From: Callorhinchus milii
Taxonomy: Eukaryota
NCBI RefSeq assembly: GCF_018977255.1
Contig: NW_024704742.1
Span: 73,844,001-73,908,000 of the forward strand
Reading direction: 5' to 3'
Length of the DNA stretch: 64,000 bases
Shown piece after piece: positions 1 to 10,700 of the stretch. Positions within the stretch are counted from its first letter, which is position 1, and each line of letters begins with the position of its first letter. The position numbers and the translations under genes are program-made. The notes beneath the pieces were generated by a model, which worked only from the letters and a program-made list of their open reading frames with translations, did not search any database and was not told the DNA's origin.

Positions 1-118
1 ATAATAAATCTTAAAAAAAAATTTGGTCACTCAGTCCAGGACTGTCTGTGGGACACTGCTGTGTGCAATTGGCCGCCATATTTCACCCACAAATATACAG
101 TCGATTCACTTCACAGTA

Positions 119-431
119 GAGTCCTGTAGCTCAGTGGTTAGAGCACTCGCTTTGCAAGCAAGAGACCTGAGTTCAATTCCAGGCACAGGGCGAAACCTTG
201 GGCAAGTTTCCTTACTCCACACGCCTAATAATAATCCCTTCAAAAACCAAAAACAATAATAAATTGGTCATTTTCAATCTACGACTGTTTGTGGGACATT
301 GCTGTGCGCAATTGGCTGCCGTGTTCGCCCACAAATATACAGTCAATTCACTTTACAGTGTGTTCTGTGAAGCGCTTTGGGACGTCCTCCCGACATGAAA
401 AGCGCTATATCAAATGCAAGGATTATTATTA
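119..431 (+). mobile_element. Young tRNA-headed SINE (short form), nested in an older SINE (about 20-118 and 432-501)
   Basis: tRNA-Ala(TGC)-like head with A box TAGCTCAGTGG and B box GAGTTCAATTCC; DeuSINE-like body (gctgtgcgcaattggctgcc); L2-like tail and (ATT)n. Confidence 0.9.
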
Positions 432-599
432 TTCTGTGAAGCGCTTTGAGACGTCTAGAAGACATGAAAAGCGCTATATCAAATGCAAGGATTATTATTA
501 TAAATGGCCTTTTCTCAAAAATGTTTTAATGTGTTTTATTGATCTATTGACAGCCCGTGTTGCCTCCCAGAAGTGTAACAAGCTGCAATATTTAAATAG

Positions 600-880
600 C
601 AACAACAACAAACAACAACAAAATTATATTTATAGAGCGCTTTTCACGTCAGGAGGATGTCCCAAGGCGCTGGACAGTCAGGGGTCAGGACCGAGCATGG
701 GGGAGGGGTGGGGTAGAGGTGAGGGAAGTTAGAGAGGTGGGAGTGCGACTGAAGGCACGATCGAAGAAAAAGGTCTTGAGACCAGCCTTGGAGGAGGCGA
801 GGGAGGACGCGAGGCGAAGGGACTGTGAGATGGAGTTCCAGAGTGTGGGCGCAGAGAGGCTGAAAGCCTGGCCACCGACT
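600..880 (-). mobile_element. L2 LINE 3' fragment
   Basis: Minus frame GGQAFSLSAPTLWNS...LKTFFFD, typical of the L2 ORF2 C-terminus; (TTG)n tail. Confidence 0.88.
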
Positions 881-958
881 TTGTTTTTCAAGCAGAATGT
901 TAATCTGGCATATGGAAGTAACTTTCGCATTTCACCAACAAATAAATTGCTTTTCCAG

Positions 959-1172
959 GGATCATAATCCTTTCTAAAAAAAAACAGCAAAAAAAACAAT
1001 AATAATTTGGTCACTTCAATCCACGACTGTTTGTAGGACACTGCTGTGCGCAATTGGCTGCTGCATTTTGCCCACAAATATACAGTCAATTCATTTGCCA
1101 GTTTATTCTGTGAAGCGCTTTGAGACATCTAGAAGACGTCAAAAGCAGTATATCAATGCAAGGATTATTATT
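959..1172 (+). mobile_element. 5'-truncated SINE
   Basis: Same body and tail as the 119-431 family. Confidence 0.85.
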
Positions 1173-1859
1173 TTCTCAAAATGTACCTCTTTGACCGTGC
1201 TTTCAGTCAGTTTTCTCCCCCTCAGCACGCCCACTCTATCCAGTATTGGCGAATGCTTTGAGACATCCTCCTGACGTGAAAGATGCTGTTTAAATGTATA
1301 TTGTGTTGTAAATCAGGTGGTTGCAGGACCTTTGCATGTATAGATACTTGCACCTTTTTAGTATATGCTACTCAGATAATTGCATTGATATTTTTTGCGC
1401 TCAATAGAGCAGTCGGTCTTCATAACCGGTGACTGTGTGTTAGTCCTTTCTAGGAATTGTCCCCTACCAAGTGGTGTCTGCCCTAGCCCGACTACTGCCT
1501 CACATAATAACACTGTATTACTGCTCATGCTCGTTTCTATAGAGGTTTGTGATCTGTATTCCTGAGACCATTGTACTCATAATAATAATAAAGAAAGCTC
1601 AGACCTTATAACATTATAAAATGCTGCCAGGTGATCAGATTGCTTTCATTCATTTAGATACATTCTGTATAGGTTACTGGAATACCTAAAATTGAGGAAC
1701 ACATTAGATTGAACAGAACAATTAATTTTGCATGGAAGCATTATTAATTCAGTAGTCTATGATGGCATAAGGCAGTTTTGGGGTTTTGCTATTGGCAGTA
1801 AAAGAGCACTAATCTGTTTTTGAAATTGCTGATTACTCATAACTTTTTTTTCTTAACAG

Positions 1860-1938
1860 GATTGGACCGAAGGAAATGTTTTTCCACTGTAGCAAATGCA
1901 ACTTCTGTCTTGCAATTCATCTTCGTGGAAACCACAAG
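1860..1938 (+). CDS. RCHY1: RCHY1 coding exon (79 nt; IGPKEMFFHCSKCNFCLAIHLRGNHK)
   Basis: Acceptor ttttcttaacag, donor gtagca; phase-2 start. Confidence 0.95.
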
Positions 1939-4900
1939 GTAGCACAGTTTGTATTTGACTGGTGAAACAGATAATGATGAAGTCCTCATTTGTTTCCTTT
2001 TGGGGGTTGGTAGAGAGGGAAACTGAACAATACTCACGATCACACACAATGCGATCACAACTCTTTACGGCCAGCCATTGATCAGCATCGTTGCAGACAA
2101 TTCTACAACACATTCTTCACATCTTATTGCCCAAAGAAAGGACCATAAGCACAGGCATCAATAGTGGAAATACAGTAAACTCCTGATAACTCAACCCTGG
2201 CTTAACTTGTCACTGGTACTTAAGTCGCCGTATTGTCAATATAAGGGACTTGTCCCTTGTCACTCCCTTTAACACATGACTAGTTACTTTCTAGAAATTG
2301 TTGTAAGTATTTGCAATGTAAAATTGATCAGATAACTTATCCTGTAAAATGGCAGCTTTCATCACAGAAGCTTCCTACCCTTTCACAGGATAGGGTGTGA
2401 GGATATACCGATAGAGCAAAGGCCTCTGCGATGCATCTGAGCATGTGAGCCTAGCGTCTGTGCACCAGTCCCAGCGTACCTTATGGCCTGGGATGACCTA
2501 TGCCTAACTCGCTACTCCAGATAACTCCTCCACTAAGCTCTTTTCTCTTGAAGTGAAGAATTATCCGGAGTTTACATAATGAGGTATGTCAACCCTGTCT
2601 GAATATAACTGAACCTAGATTGAAGGGTTCCCAGTTATATTAGGACAGGGCCCTCATTCATTATCCAAGGACTTGGAACCTATATAGTCCTGGCTGACCC
2701 TCCAATTCAGCCCTGAGAGTGTGCTGCATTGCTGGAGGTACTATCCTTCAGTTAAGACGTTAAATCGAGATCTTGTCTTCCTGTTCAGCTGGACGCTAAA
2801 GATCCCATGGCACTGTTCAAAAAAAAGGAAGTTTATCCCCAAATAAAATTGGTCACTTAAAAGAAAATCCCCCAAATAAAATTGGTCACTCACTTTATGG
2901 CTGTTTGTGGTACATTGCTGTTGGCATAATTAGCTGCCTTGCTCACCCACAAAATACACACAGTACACATGCTCACCCACAAAATACACACAGTATATAC
3001 ACTCACCCACAAAATACACACAGTACACATGCTCACCCACAAAATACACACAGTATATACACTCACCCACAAAATACACACAGCACACATGCTCACCCAC
3101 AAAATACACACAGTATATACACTCACCCACAAAATACACACAGTACACATGCTCACCCACAAAATACACACAGTATATACACTCACTCACAAAATACACA
3201 CAGTACACATGCTCACCCACAAAATTCACACCATTTTACAGTATATCCTGTAAAGTGCGTTGATTTTTGTAGAGTTTTGATGTGATAAGGCACTATATCA
3301 AATGAAAGAGTTATTATTGTTGTTACAAAATGCTAAAATCAAAATTTTGACTGACTGTTTGGATGGTCTTTAAATATGCCTGCTGTATTAGCCAGCCGTT
3401 ACTGACATTTCAGTGTAGTAATCAAGTTATTTCTGCCTGTTTAGATAGGCAATACTTTTATATAGTATACTTTTTTGATGTACCGTTTGAATGGGAGCCG
3501 TATTTCACAACCACATTGTGAATATTGATGCTGTTAATTTTTCTGCAGTGTGTTGAAAACGTTTCACGACAAAACTGCCCAGTATGTTTGGAGGTAAGAT
3601 CGGAAATTACTTTTTAAGGTGCAAAACAGTGGTATAGCATTTTCATTTTTGCAATGTGAGAACTTGGACTAGAGCTTTCCCTTGGCACGCATTTATTCAA
3701 AGACGTTTGCATTGCACAATATAATGACTCTGATTGTTTTATCTTTGGATGACATAATACAGGAATGCCACTAGTGGTTCTTTTGCGAGTTCTGAGGGAA
3801 CTATTTGGACCATTAAATAAATATAATTGCCAAAATTATTATGCAAATGATCCAAGCCCCATGTGTAATGTGCTACATTAATTGTTAGATTAGTGGGTGG
3901 TGTAGTCCTGACATGTTTTAACTTGATAAAAGCAAAATGCAATGCACCACACCAAGACTTGTATAAGGAATTAGACTTTAATCAGTCTCTAATTTTTCAT
4001 AGTAATGAATTACATATTTTATTGTAACAGGATATACACACTTCTCGTATTGAAGCACAAGTACTTCCTTGTGGCCACCTTCTTCACAAGTAAGTGTACT
4101 GAACGGTCCGTTCCTGATAGCTCAGTGGAAGTAACAAGGGTTACTCAAGAGTTTGTTGGAGGCCTGCAGTAGTTTACCATAGTTGTTTACTGCAATGGCA
4201 TCAGCCTGGCTCAGTGTAACACTCTTGCCTCTGAGTCATAAGGTTTTGATTCAAGCCCCATGTGAGGACTTGGAATCATATAGTCTAAGATGACACTCCA
4301 ATGCTGTGCTGGGGATGTGCTGCATTGTTGGAAGTGCCTTCGGATGAGATGATAAACTGAGCTCCTGTTTGCCTGGCCAGGTGGCTGTTCGATCCCATGG
4401 TCTATTTGAAGAGAAGGGAGGTTCCCATGGTGTGCTGGACAACAATCCCTCTAAAACCTTTGTTACTCACTCCATAGCTGTTTGTGGGAAATTGCTGTGT
4501 GCAATTGGCTACTGCATTTCGCCCACAAAATATGCAGTCAAACCACCTTACAGTATAACCTGTGAAACGTTTTGAGATGTCTCGATAACATGATAAGGCA
4601 TAATTTCAAATGTGAAGATTATTATTAAGTTTCTTAAATCAAATGCAAGTACTTGGCCCAGTGATGGAAATATATTTATTACAAACTGTTTATTTTTTAG
4701 CACTTGAAGTTTGTGCAGGTTAAATGAATATATTATGCCCACAAGACCGTCAACCTGGGGTTTCTGGATTTCCTATTCTGTCCAAGGTGTATTCCTTCTT
4801 TAGATGCATTAAATCAAACAGTCTCTGCAGTTAATTAGCTTGGAGCAGGTAGAAGATCACAGCCTGTTATTTTGATTTAATCTTTTTAAATTGCAAACTT

Positions 4901-7900
4901 GCATTCCTCGCAACAGGAGGAAATTTCTTTAACAGAATTTAAATTTCCACCTTGAAGTATCTTATTTGGTGACCACAATTGATATCAAACATTTAAAAAA
5001 AGAGAGAAATAGGAAAGCTAAAGTAAATGAAAATGTAAAAACAAAATGGGGGAAGAAAAGAACTCGATTTACGACAGTGATTTGGATAACAAATGAACAG
5101 ACTAAACAGCAGCAAAACTCAAATTCAGATTAGTAGTTTTCTATTGAGCAGAAAATCAGGCTCACAATCAATTTGTTCCCTCTCCTCAGTGTTGGCACCA
5201 AGTACAGTTGCTTGGGCCCTGGCAGCCTTTTGATCTCTTCCATGCAGCTGTTGGCAGGTGTACAGGTGGGGGGTTGGGAGAGAACATCCTGTCCACACAA
5301 GCACTTGGCATTAGCAGCATTTTTTAAATGATTTATTGCTGTTCTAGTGACATGATCCTTCCTCTGCTGCATGACTGTTATGTTTACAATAATCCAGCGA
5401 ATTACCTTTGTGGGGGGAATATTATGCTTGTCACTATGTGAGGTGACATTCCTGTTAACTCAGTGTTCCTGCACTTAGTCGCAAGTGGGATGTAACCCTT
5501 TTAATCTCTTGTCCCAGTTTTAAAGAGTTTTAAAATTGCAAATGTAAAAGTTACATACACATCATCCCTTTTGAATTCTGTGCGCCTAATTTGCTAATGT
5601 TATGTTTAGAGCTTGGCCCTGAATCACATAATGAGGTTTATGAGTTCTAGTCCCAGGACTGTTTATCACATGAAATTGAAATCCAGATAAGTCGTTGCAG
5701 AGTCCTTGTCCCTTGGAGTTACGATTTGTGCGGAGTTTCCACAGTAAACCTCACATAAGTCTTACCAGTTGGGACTAAACAATAAATATGACTTCTGCAA
5801 AGCATGGGTTATATCAAACATGCATAACAAATACATGGAAACTATACCAACAATCACGCAACTCACTCGGCCCTGCCCTGGCCCCGCTCACCCCCTGGCC
5901 CCCCGCCACTTGCCGCTGCCAGGTCAAAACTTTGTTTCCCGTGCCTACCACAAAAGTGAACACCACACATGCACACCTCGACCCTCAGTACAGCACTGCC
6001 CATGTAGTCTTGAGGCTGTGCTCCAGTCATGACATGAATAGGCGGTTGCGTCAAGCGTGATAGGGGGGTTACTAGTTCCGTTATTGTTAATACAAAGTTT
6101 AAGTGGATTTAATCGGAAATTCAACAGAACTTGGGTAGATATACAACTTTGGCAATTATGCAATACAGATTAGAGTTATGCGAGTTTTAATGTATATTAA
6201 TGCCAGTGATGTTGTTTTAAAGATTAGCATTTTGAGGAAAAAAGTAGAACTAACTTGAAGCTGATTGGTCTGGAACCCCTGTAGAACCACCAAAACATTT
6301 CATTGTTTTCTTCACCAGCCATAAACCTTTCTAGTATTGGGGATTACAGTAACACAAGAATGTTCCTAGTTGTCCCAGCATGATGACTGCAAATAGATAC
6401 TTTGTGTGGATGACAGGTCATTCCCCACAGGAGTTAAATCTGGAAGCAAACCCTTTTAAACACTCGCCAAGAGATGTTGAATGTTTTCTACACTGGAAAG
6501 TGATATTAACCAAACATTACTGCTCTTTTTTGTTTTATAGTACCTGCCGTCAATTGTTGTTTAATAAAGGGTAAGTATTTTAGAGCATTGGAGTTGAAAT
6601 GGTTGTGTGATGTAATATAACGAGGTGACAGTGTCTGCTGCCTTTGAGAACTAATAAACAGAAAATATATATGTATGTATGTATGGTTCCACTGATGCGA
6701 GTTGTCTTCCATTTCCTTGCCCTTCCTTCCGAGTTTAAAATCCTCGTCCTCACTTTTAAAGCCCTCCACGGTTGTGTTCCTCCCTACCTCTGAGACCTCT
6801 TTAACACCATACCAACCTACCCGCTCTCTCCGTTCGATGGGCACTGACCTGCGCCATGTCTCCCATCCCCGCCCACTCCACATTGGCTGACAAGCTTTCA
6901 CCTTTTCTGCCCCATCTTCTGGAACTCAACAATAACAACTTGCACTTAGCGCCCTCCACACGTCTCAGAGCGCTTAAATACTGAATTCAATCCTGAATTC
7001 CTCTGCCTCGCCCCTCCCCTGCCTCATTCAAGGCCTGTCTCAAGACCTTCCTCTTTGACCATGCCTTCAGATAAGCTCCCACCCCTACTCCCCCTACATT
7101 CCAACCATCTTGATTCCAACCCCCAGCTTGGATGCAAACCCTTAATTGTCCAGCATCTTGGGACGTCCTTCCGACGTGACCCTATATAAACATTTTTTTA
7201 TTGTTGCTCATCATAGAATCATGGAATTATACAGCACAGAAGGAAGCCATTCGGCCCATCGTGTCCATGCCGTCTCTTTGAAAAGACTTAACCAATTCAA
7301 TCCCCATAGCCCTGCACACTTGTCGTCCCCAAACTTGTCCTCCCTCATGTGATCATTCCTTCGTTTGTGTATATAAACTGAATAATGGCAGGTATGAGGC
7401 AAGTGAGACTATTAGATTTTCTGTAGCCCAATGGCATTGAGCCTACTAGTAATATGCCAAATGCTGAATTGCTGAATTCAGCCTGGGGTTTAACTTGGGC
7501 AGTTCACATCGCAACCAAGCCATTGGGGGATGGAATATACTGTTAATTCTAAAATCTTGGAATGTCAAATTTGTACTGTCAAATTATGACAGAAATGTCA
7601 CAATAAGACATGTTTTTATTATTTGCATTATGCTTCGTACTCTTCTCTTTGTACAAGCTGACCTGTAGCCCTGCTGTTTCAGAGCCTATCGATGTCCCCT
7701 ATGTATGCAGTCTGCTGTTGACATGACTAAATATTGGGAGGAACTTGACGCAGAAATAGCCGAGACCCCAATGCCGACCGAATATCACGGTATGACTGTT
7801 CGGGTGAGTACTACAGTTTAGTTCCGAATATTGACAGTCAGTGAGTCAACTTTTGTAATATGCTTAATAATTCCAAGAGATGGTGTAACATAATGCAATA

Positions 7901-8292
7901 CAGCCCCGTTATAATAACACTTCTTCACAATTTTGGTTATAGCACTGTGCAGCGTGGACCTTATTCACTACTCACTCGCTCGTGAGTTGTCTCTGTAACG
8001 TTAGGTTGCTACCAACATCACTTTTTGCAGAAAGCAGGAAGTGATGTCAATAGTGACATAAGTTGTCCGTTTTGGCATCCGGTATCTAGAATCAACATAC
8101 AGGCCTTGTTCATCATTAACCACAAATAATTCTGTGTAATTATAACTTTTACAGGTCTTGTGCAATGATTGCCACCACCACAGCATTGCACCATTTCACG
8201 TTTTGGGTATGAAGTGCATTGACTGTGGATCTTACAACACTGCTCAGGATGGAGGACTTGTGGCACCTCAACAACAAGAGCAACAGCAGTAA
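1860..8292 (+). CDS. RCHY1: RCHY1/Pirh2 E3 ubiquitin ligase, 3' portion (6 coding exons; upstream exons lie before the window)
   Basis: Spliced translation IGPKEMFFHCSKCNFCLAIHLRGNHK-CVENVSRQNCPVCLE-DIHTSRIEAQVLPCGHLLHN-TCRQLLFNKG-AYRCPLCMQSAVDMTKYWEELDAEIAETPMPTEYHGMTVR-VLCNDCHHHSIAPFHVLGMKCIDCGSYNTAQDGGLVAPQQQEQQQ*. It matches the recalled RCHY1 CTCHY, RING-H2 and C-terminal zinc-ribbon regions. All splice sites are AG/GT and the phases are consistent. Confidence 0.97.
2173..2577. mobile_element. Tc1/mariner (Tigger-like) MITE candidate in an RCHY1 intron
   Basis: Left end ta|cagtaaactcctgataactc versus right end gaattatccggagtttac (16/18 inverted match). Confidence 0.6.
2640..3310 (+). 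mobile_element. Old DeuSINE-type SINE containing an internal minisatellite
   Basis: Body motifs gctgcattgctggagg...gatcccatggcactgtt...aattggtcactcac, followed by the tail. Confidence 0.75.
2941..3230. repeat. 30-bp minisatellite, about 9.5 copies, with alternating variants giving a 60-bp period
   Basis: gctcacccacaaaatacacacagtacacat alternating with actcacccacaaaatacacacagtatatac. Confidence 0.97.
3549..3593 (+). CDS. RCHY1: RCHY1 coding exon (45 nt; CVENVSRQNCPVCLE, start of RING-H2)
   Basis: Acceptor tttttctgcag, donor gtaaga. Confidence 0.96.
4031..4089 (+). CDS. RCHY1: RCHY1 coding exon (59 nt; DIHTSRIEAQVLPCGHLLH)
   Basis: Acceptor ttattgtaacag, donor gtaagt; RING-H2 C-G-H-x-x-H motif. 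Confidence 0.96.
4200..4625 (+). mobile_element. Old DeuSINE-type SINE (head TCAGCCTGGCTCAGT...)
   Basis: Pol III-like head, Deu-like body and L2-like tail; many diverged copies in the window. Confidence 0.85.
6541..6570 (+). CDS. RCHY1: RCHY1 micro-exon (30 nt; TCRQLLFNKG)
   Basis: Acceptor ttttttgttttatag, donor gtaagt; phase 2/2 joins the flanking exons in frame and supplies a RING cysteine. Confidence 0.9.
6700..7205 (+). mobile_element. Degraded L2 3' fragment
   Basis: Similar to the other L2 3' ends (tttaaaatcctcgtcctcac...ttgggacgtccttccgacgtg). Confidence 0.75.
7211..7345 (-). mobile_element. CR1 3' end fragment
   Basis: catagaatcat tail and gccattcggcccatc 3'UTR motif. Confidence 0.75.
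7683..7803 (+). CDS. RCHY1: RCHY1 coding exon (121 nt; AYRCPLCMQSAVDMTKYWEELDAEIAETPMPTEYHGMTVR)
   Basis: Acceptor ctgtttcag, donor gtgagt; final RING CPLC and TPMP motif. Confidence 0.96.
8155..8292 (+). CDS. RCHY1: RCHY1 last coding exon (VLCNDC...CIDCGSYNTAQ...QQQ*)
   Basis: Acceptor aacttttacag; ends at TAA 8290-8292; CNDC/CxxC zinc-ribbon motifs. Confidence 0.96.
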   Translation, partial: VLCNDCHHHSIAPFHVLGMKCIDCGSYNTAQDGGLVAPQQQEQQQ

Positions 8293-8899
8293 CGATCGAG
8301 CCAATTCTGTAGAAATCACGATTAAACCTCTCGAGACTGAAGTACGAAGGTGTAGTTGACTAGTTTCGTTCGACAAGCTTTTCCTTTGTCAATTTTACAA
8401 ATAGTGGTGTAACCAAGACAGAATCTGACATTAGTAAGAACAGATTGAATTCAAATAATTCATTCTAGAGTTTCAGAATTATCAAGTATAAGTGACATGT
8501 GTCTGTATGTTGGTGTGTGCTGTTTGAACATCTCAGTCATCTTTGCCCACAAAATACACAGTTTATCACCTTATAGTATATCCTGTGAGGTGCTTTGAGA
8601 TGCCTCAACGACCTGATAATTTGCTATATCAAGGATTATCTTTGCTTCCACACTTTAGAAACATCTTCCCCTGATAAACCACGGTTACTTTTCAACATGA
8701 GTAAATGCAGAGATTATTATTATTAATTTGGAACCGTCCACGTTTGCTATTCTTGTGGCTTTAGGAAATGTCATGCTACCTCAGTAACTCAAAATCACAT
8801 TGCGATGCTTCCCACTTATGGTAACCAAATTAATCTTAGTCTCTGTTCAAGCCCCTTCTGTCTGGTTTCTGCCTCGCCAAGCACCAAGAAATTTATCAT

Positions 8900-9745
8900 C
8901 AGAATCACAAATGATGTCCTCTGTCTCTGTGACAAGAGCTGCCTTTGTCCTCCTGGACCTCTCTGTTGCTTTGACAGTTGATATGCAATCCTCCTCTACC
9001 GCCTCTCCTAATCAACCTCAATTGGCCTGTACTATCCTGGTTTAAGTCCTACTTGATCCACCACCATCACCAGGTCTCTGCAAATGGGTTCTCTCACCTT
9101 TTTTGAGTCACCTGCGACGTACCACAAGGCTCTATCCTTGGTCCCCTCCATTCCTGATTTTCATGCTCCTTGGTGATCTCATCCGCAGACATGGAATCAA
9201 TTTCCACATATATGCAGGTGACACACAAATCTACTTTTCCTCCTCTAGCCACGACCCCAAGTCCACCAATTTTCTGTTCTTTTGCTTGTCGAGACATCAA
9301 AGTCTGGATGAGCAGCAACTTTCTGCAGCTGAATGTTGACAACCCTTGATGCCCATCAATGTCTTATAACCTGCAGCTCCAATCTCCTTAAACTCCTGGC
9401 CTATTCCTCAGACTCACTGAATCTATGCACAACCCAGACATCAGGTTTGATCCCCATCTGGCCTTCCTTCCCCACATCCCTGACCAGGACCATATTCCAC
9501 CACCTTTACCATATTGCCCGCCTCCAAACATATCTTACACCCTTACCAGGTGAAGCGCTTATCTATGCATTTATCACCTGTATTATTCCAATGCCCTCTT
9601 CTCCCAGCTCCATCATTCATAAAATTCAATTAATTCAACTCTGCTACTCGTATCCTCGCCTGTACCAAACTCCACATGCCCATCACTCCTTGGCAGACTC
9701 CATTTGCTCCCTATAGCAGAATGGATCTATTTCAAGATGCTCTCA
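8900..9745 (+). mobile_element. Degraded L2 ORF2 (RT) fragment
   Basis: Remnant motifs VLLDLSVA, VPQGSILGP and HIYAGDTQIY. Confidence 0.85.
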
Positions 9746-9939
9746 TTCATGTACAAATTAAATTTGTTGTTGTTATCCTTGGGGTCTGTACGGAGCAGTA
9801 TGCTGAGTTGGAGTTTGACCCAACAGGCTGTAGCAGAGACCCATCTCCTTAGACCTTGGACAAGCTGGTGGGAATTCCTGAGCCAATGAAGGCCGAAATG
9901 ATCCAGTCCCTTGAACAGAAATGGGCTCAGCCCTTCCTT

Positions 9940-10270
9940 GCCTTATAGCAGGGTATGCAACAGGTGCAGACGGTATTAATGCCAAGTTCCTAAAGGCTGC
10001 TCTGAGGGCAGATCAATACCGGGAACCATCAACTTGTCTTGGAGCTTTCTAAGTCTGTTCAACAGAATTTGGTCTGAGGTATAAATACCGTCAGTGTGCC
10101 AGAATGCAAGTGTGTTTTCTATCCACAATTAAGGTGGCCATAGTAAAGCCATGAGTTACTGGGAAATCTCACTGATTTCAGTGGATCTAAAGTTGGTGCT
10201 TCAGGTAGTCACTATGTCACGTGTTTAGGATACATTAGAGGTTTAATCGGGAAGGAACAGACTGATCCTA
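9940..10270 (+). mobile_element. Degraded non-LTR RT N-terminal fragment (RTE-like)
   Basis: Broken-frame motifs GADGINAKFLK...LFNRIW...SYWEISLISV resemble the PGxDG...NYRxISL RT domains 0-2. Confidence 0.6.
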
Positions 10271-10329
10271 TTCTCACAATCTGAGGGGCAGATTGTGGGT
10301 TCATAATAACGTCTTTCTATCTCATCCCA

Positions 10330-10700
10330 GCTCAAAGCTCTTCACAGGATTTACAGTAAAGTTTAGTGACTGTATTTGTGGGTGAACGCGACAGCCAATT
10401 AGCACACAGCAATGTCCTTTGACGTGAATGACAAAGCGAATGATTGTATTTGGGAGATTGTTGGCCAGGACAGGAGAATTTTTGAAAAGCAAGGGATCTT
10501 TGCCATTGACCTGAACAGGCAGAGAGAGGGGACCTTGATTTTGTGTCTCATCCAAAGGACTGCACCTAGGGTAATGCAGAGCTGTCCCAGCACTGTATTG
10601 GAGTATCACCTTCAAAGACTGTGAGTTCAAAGTCCTGATGTGGGACCCATAAATATCTGACTCAAAGTTGAATGTGCTACCAACTGAGCCAGGCTGATAC
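10330..10700 (-). mobile_element. Old DeuSINE-type SINE
   Basis: Ends in ctaccaactgagccaggctga, the reverse complement of the head. Confidence 0.8.

Noticed and set aside
119..192. tRNA-Ala(TGC)-like gene
   Set aside because: It is the SINE head: the acceptor stem is imperfect and the sequence continues into the SINE body in many copies.
1974..2026. Possible intronic C/D snoRNA (ATGATGA...CTGA)
   Set aside because: The boxes are only ~50 nt apart, with no convincing terminal stem or recognisable guide.
2890..3285. Repetitive ORFs (HPQNTHS.., VCILWVS..) or a CRISPR-like array
   Set aside because: These are readings of a spacer-less 30-bp minisatellite in an intron, in a eukaryotic context with no cas genes.
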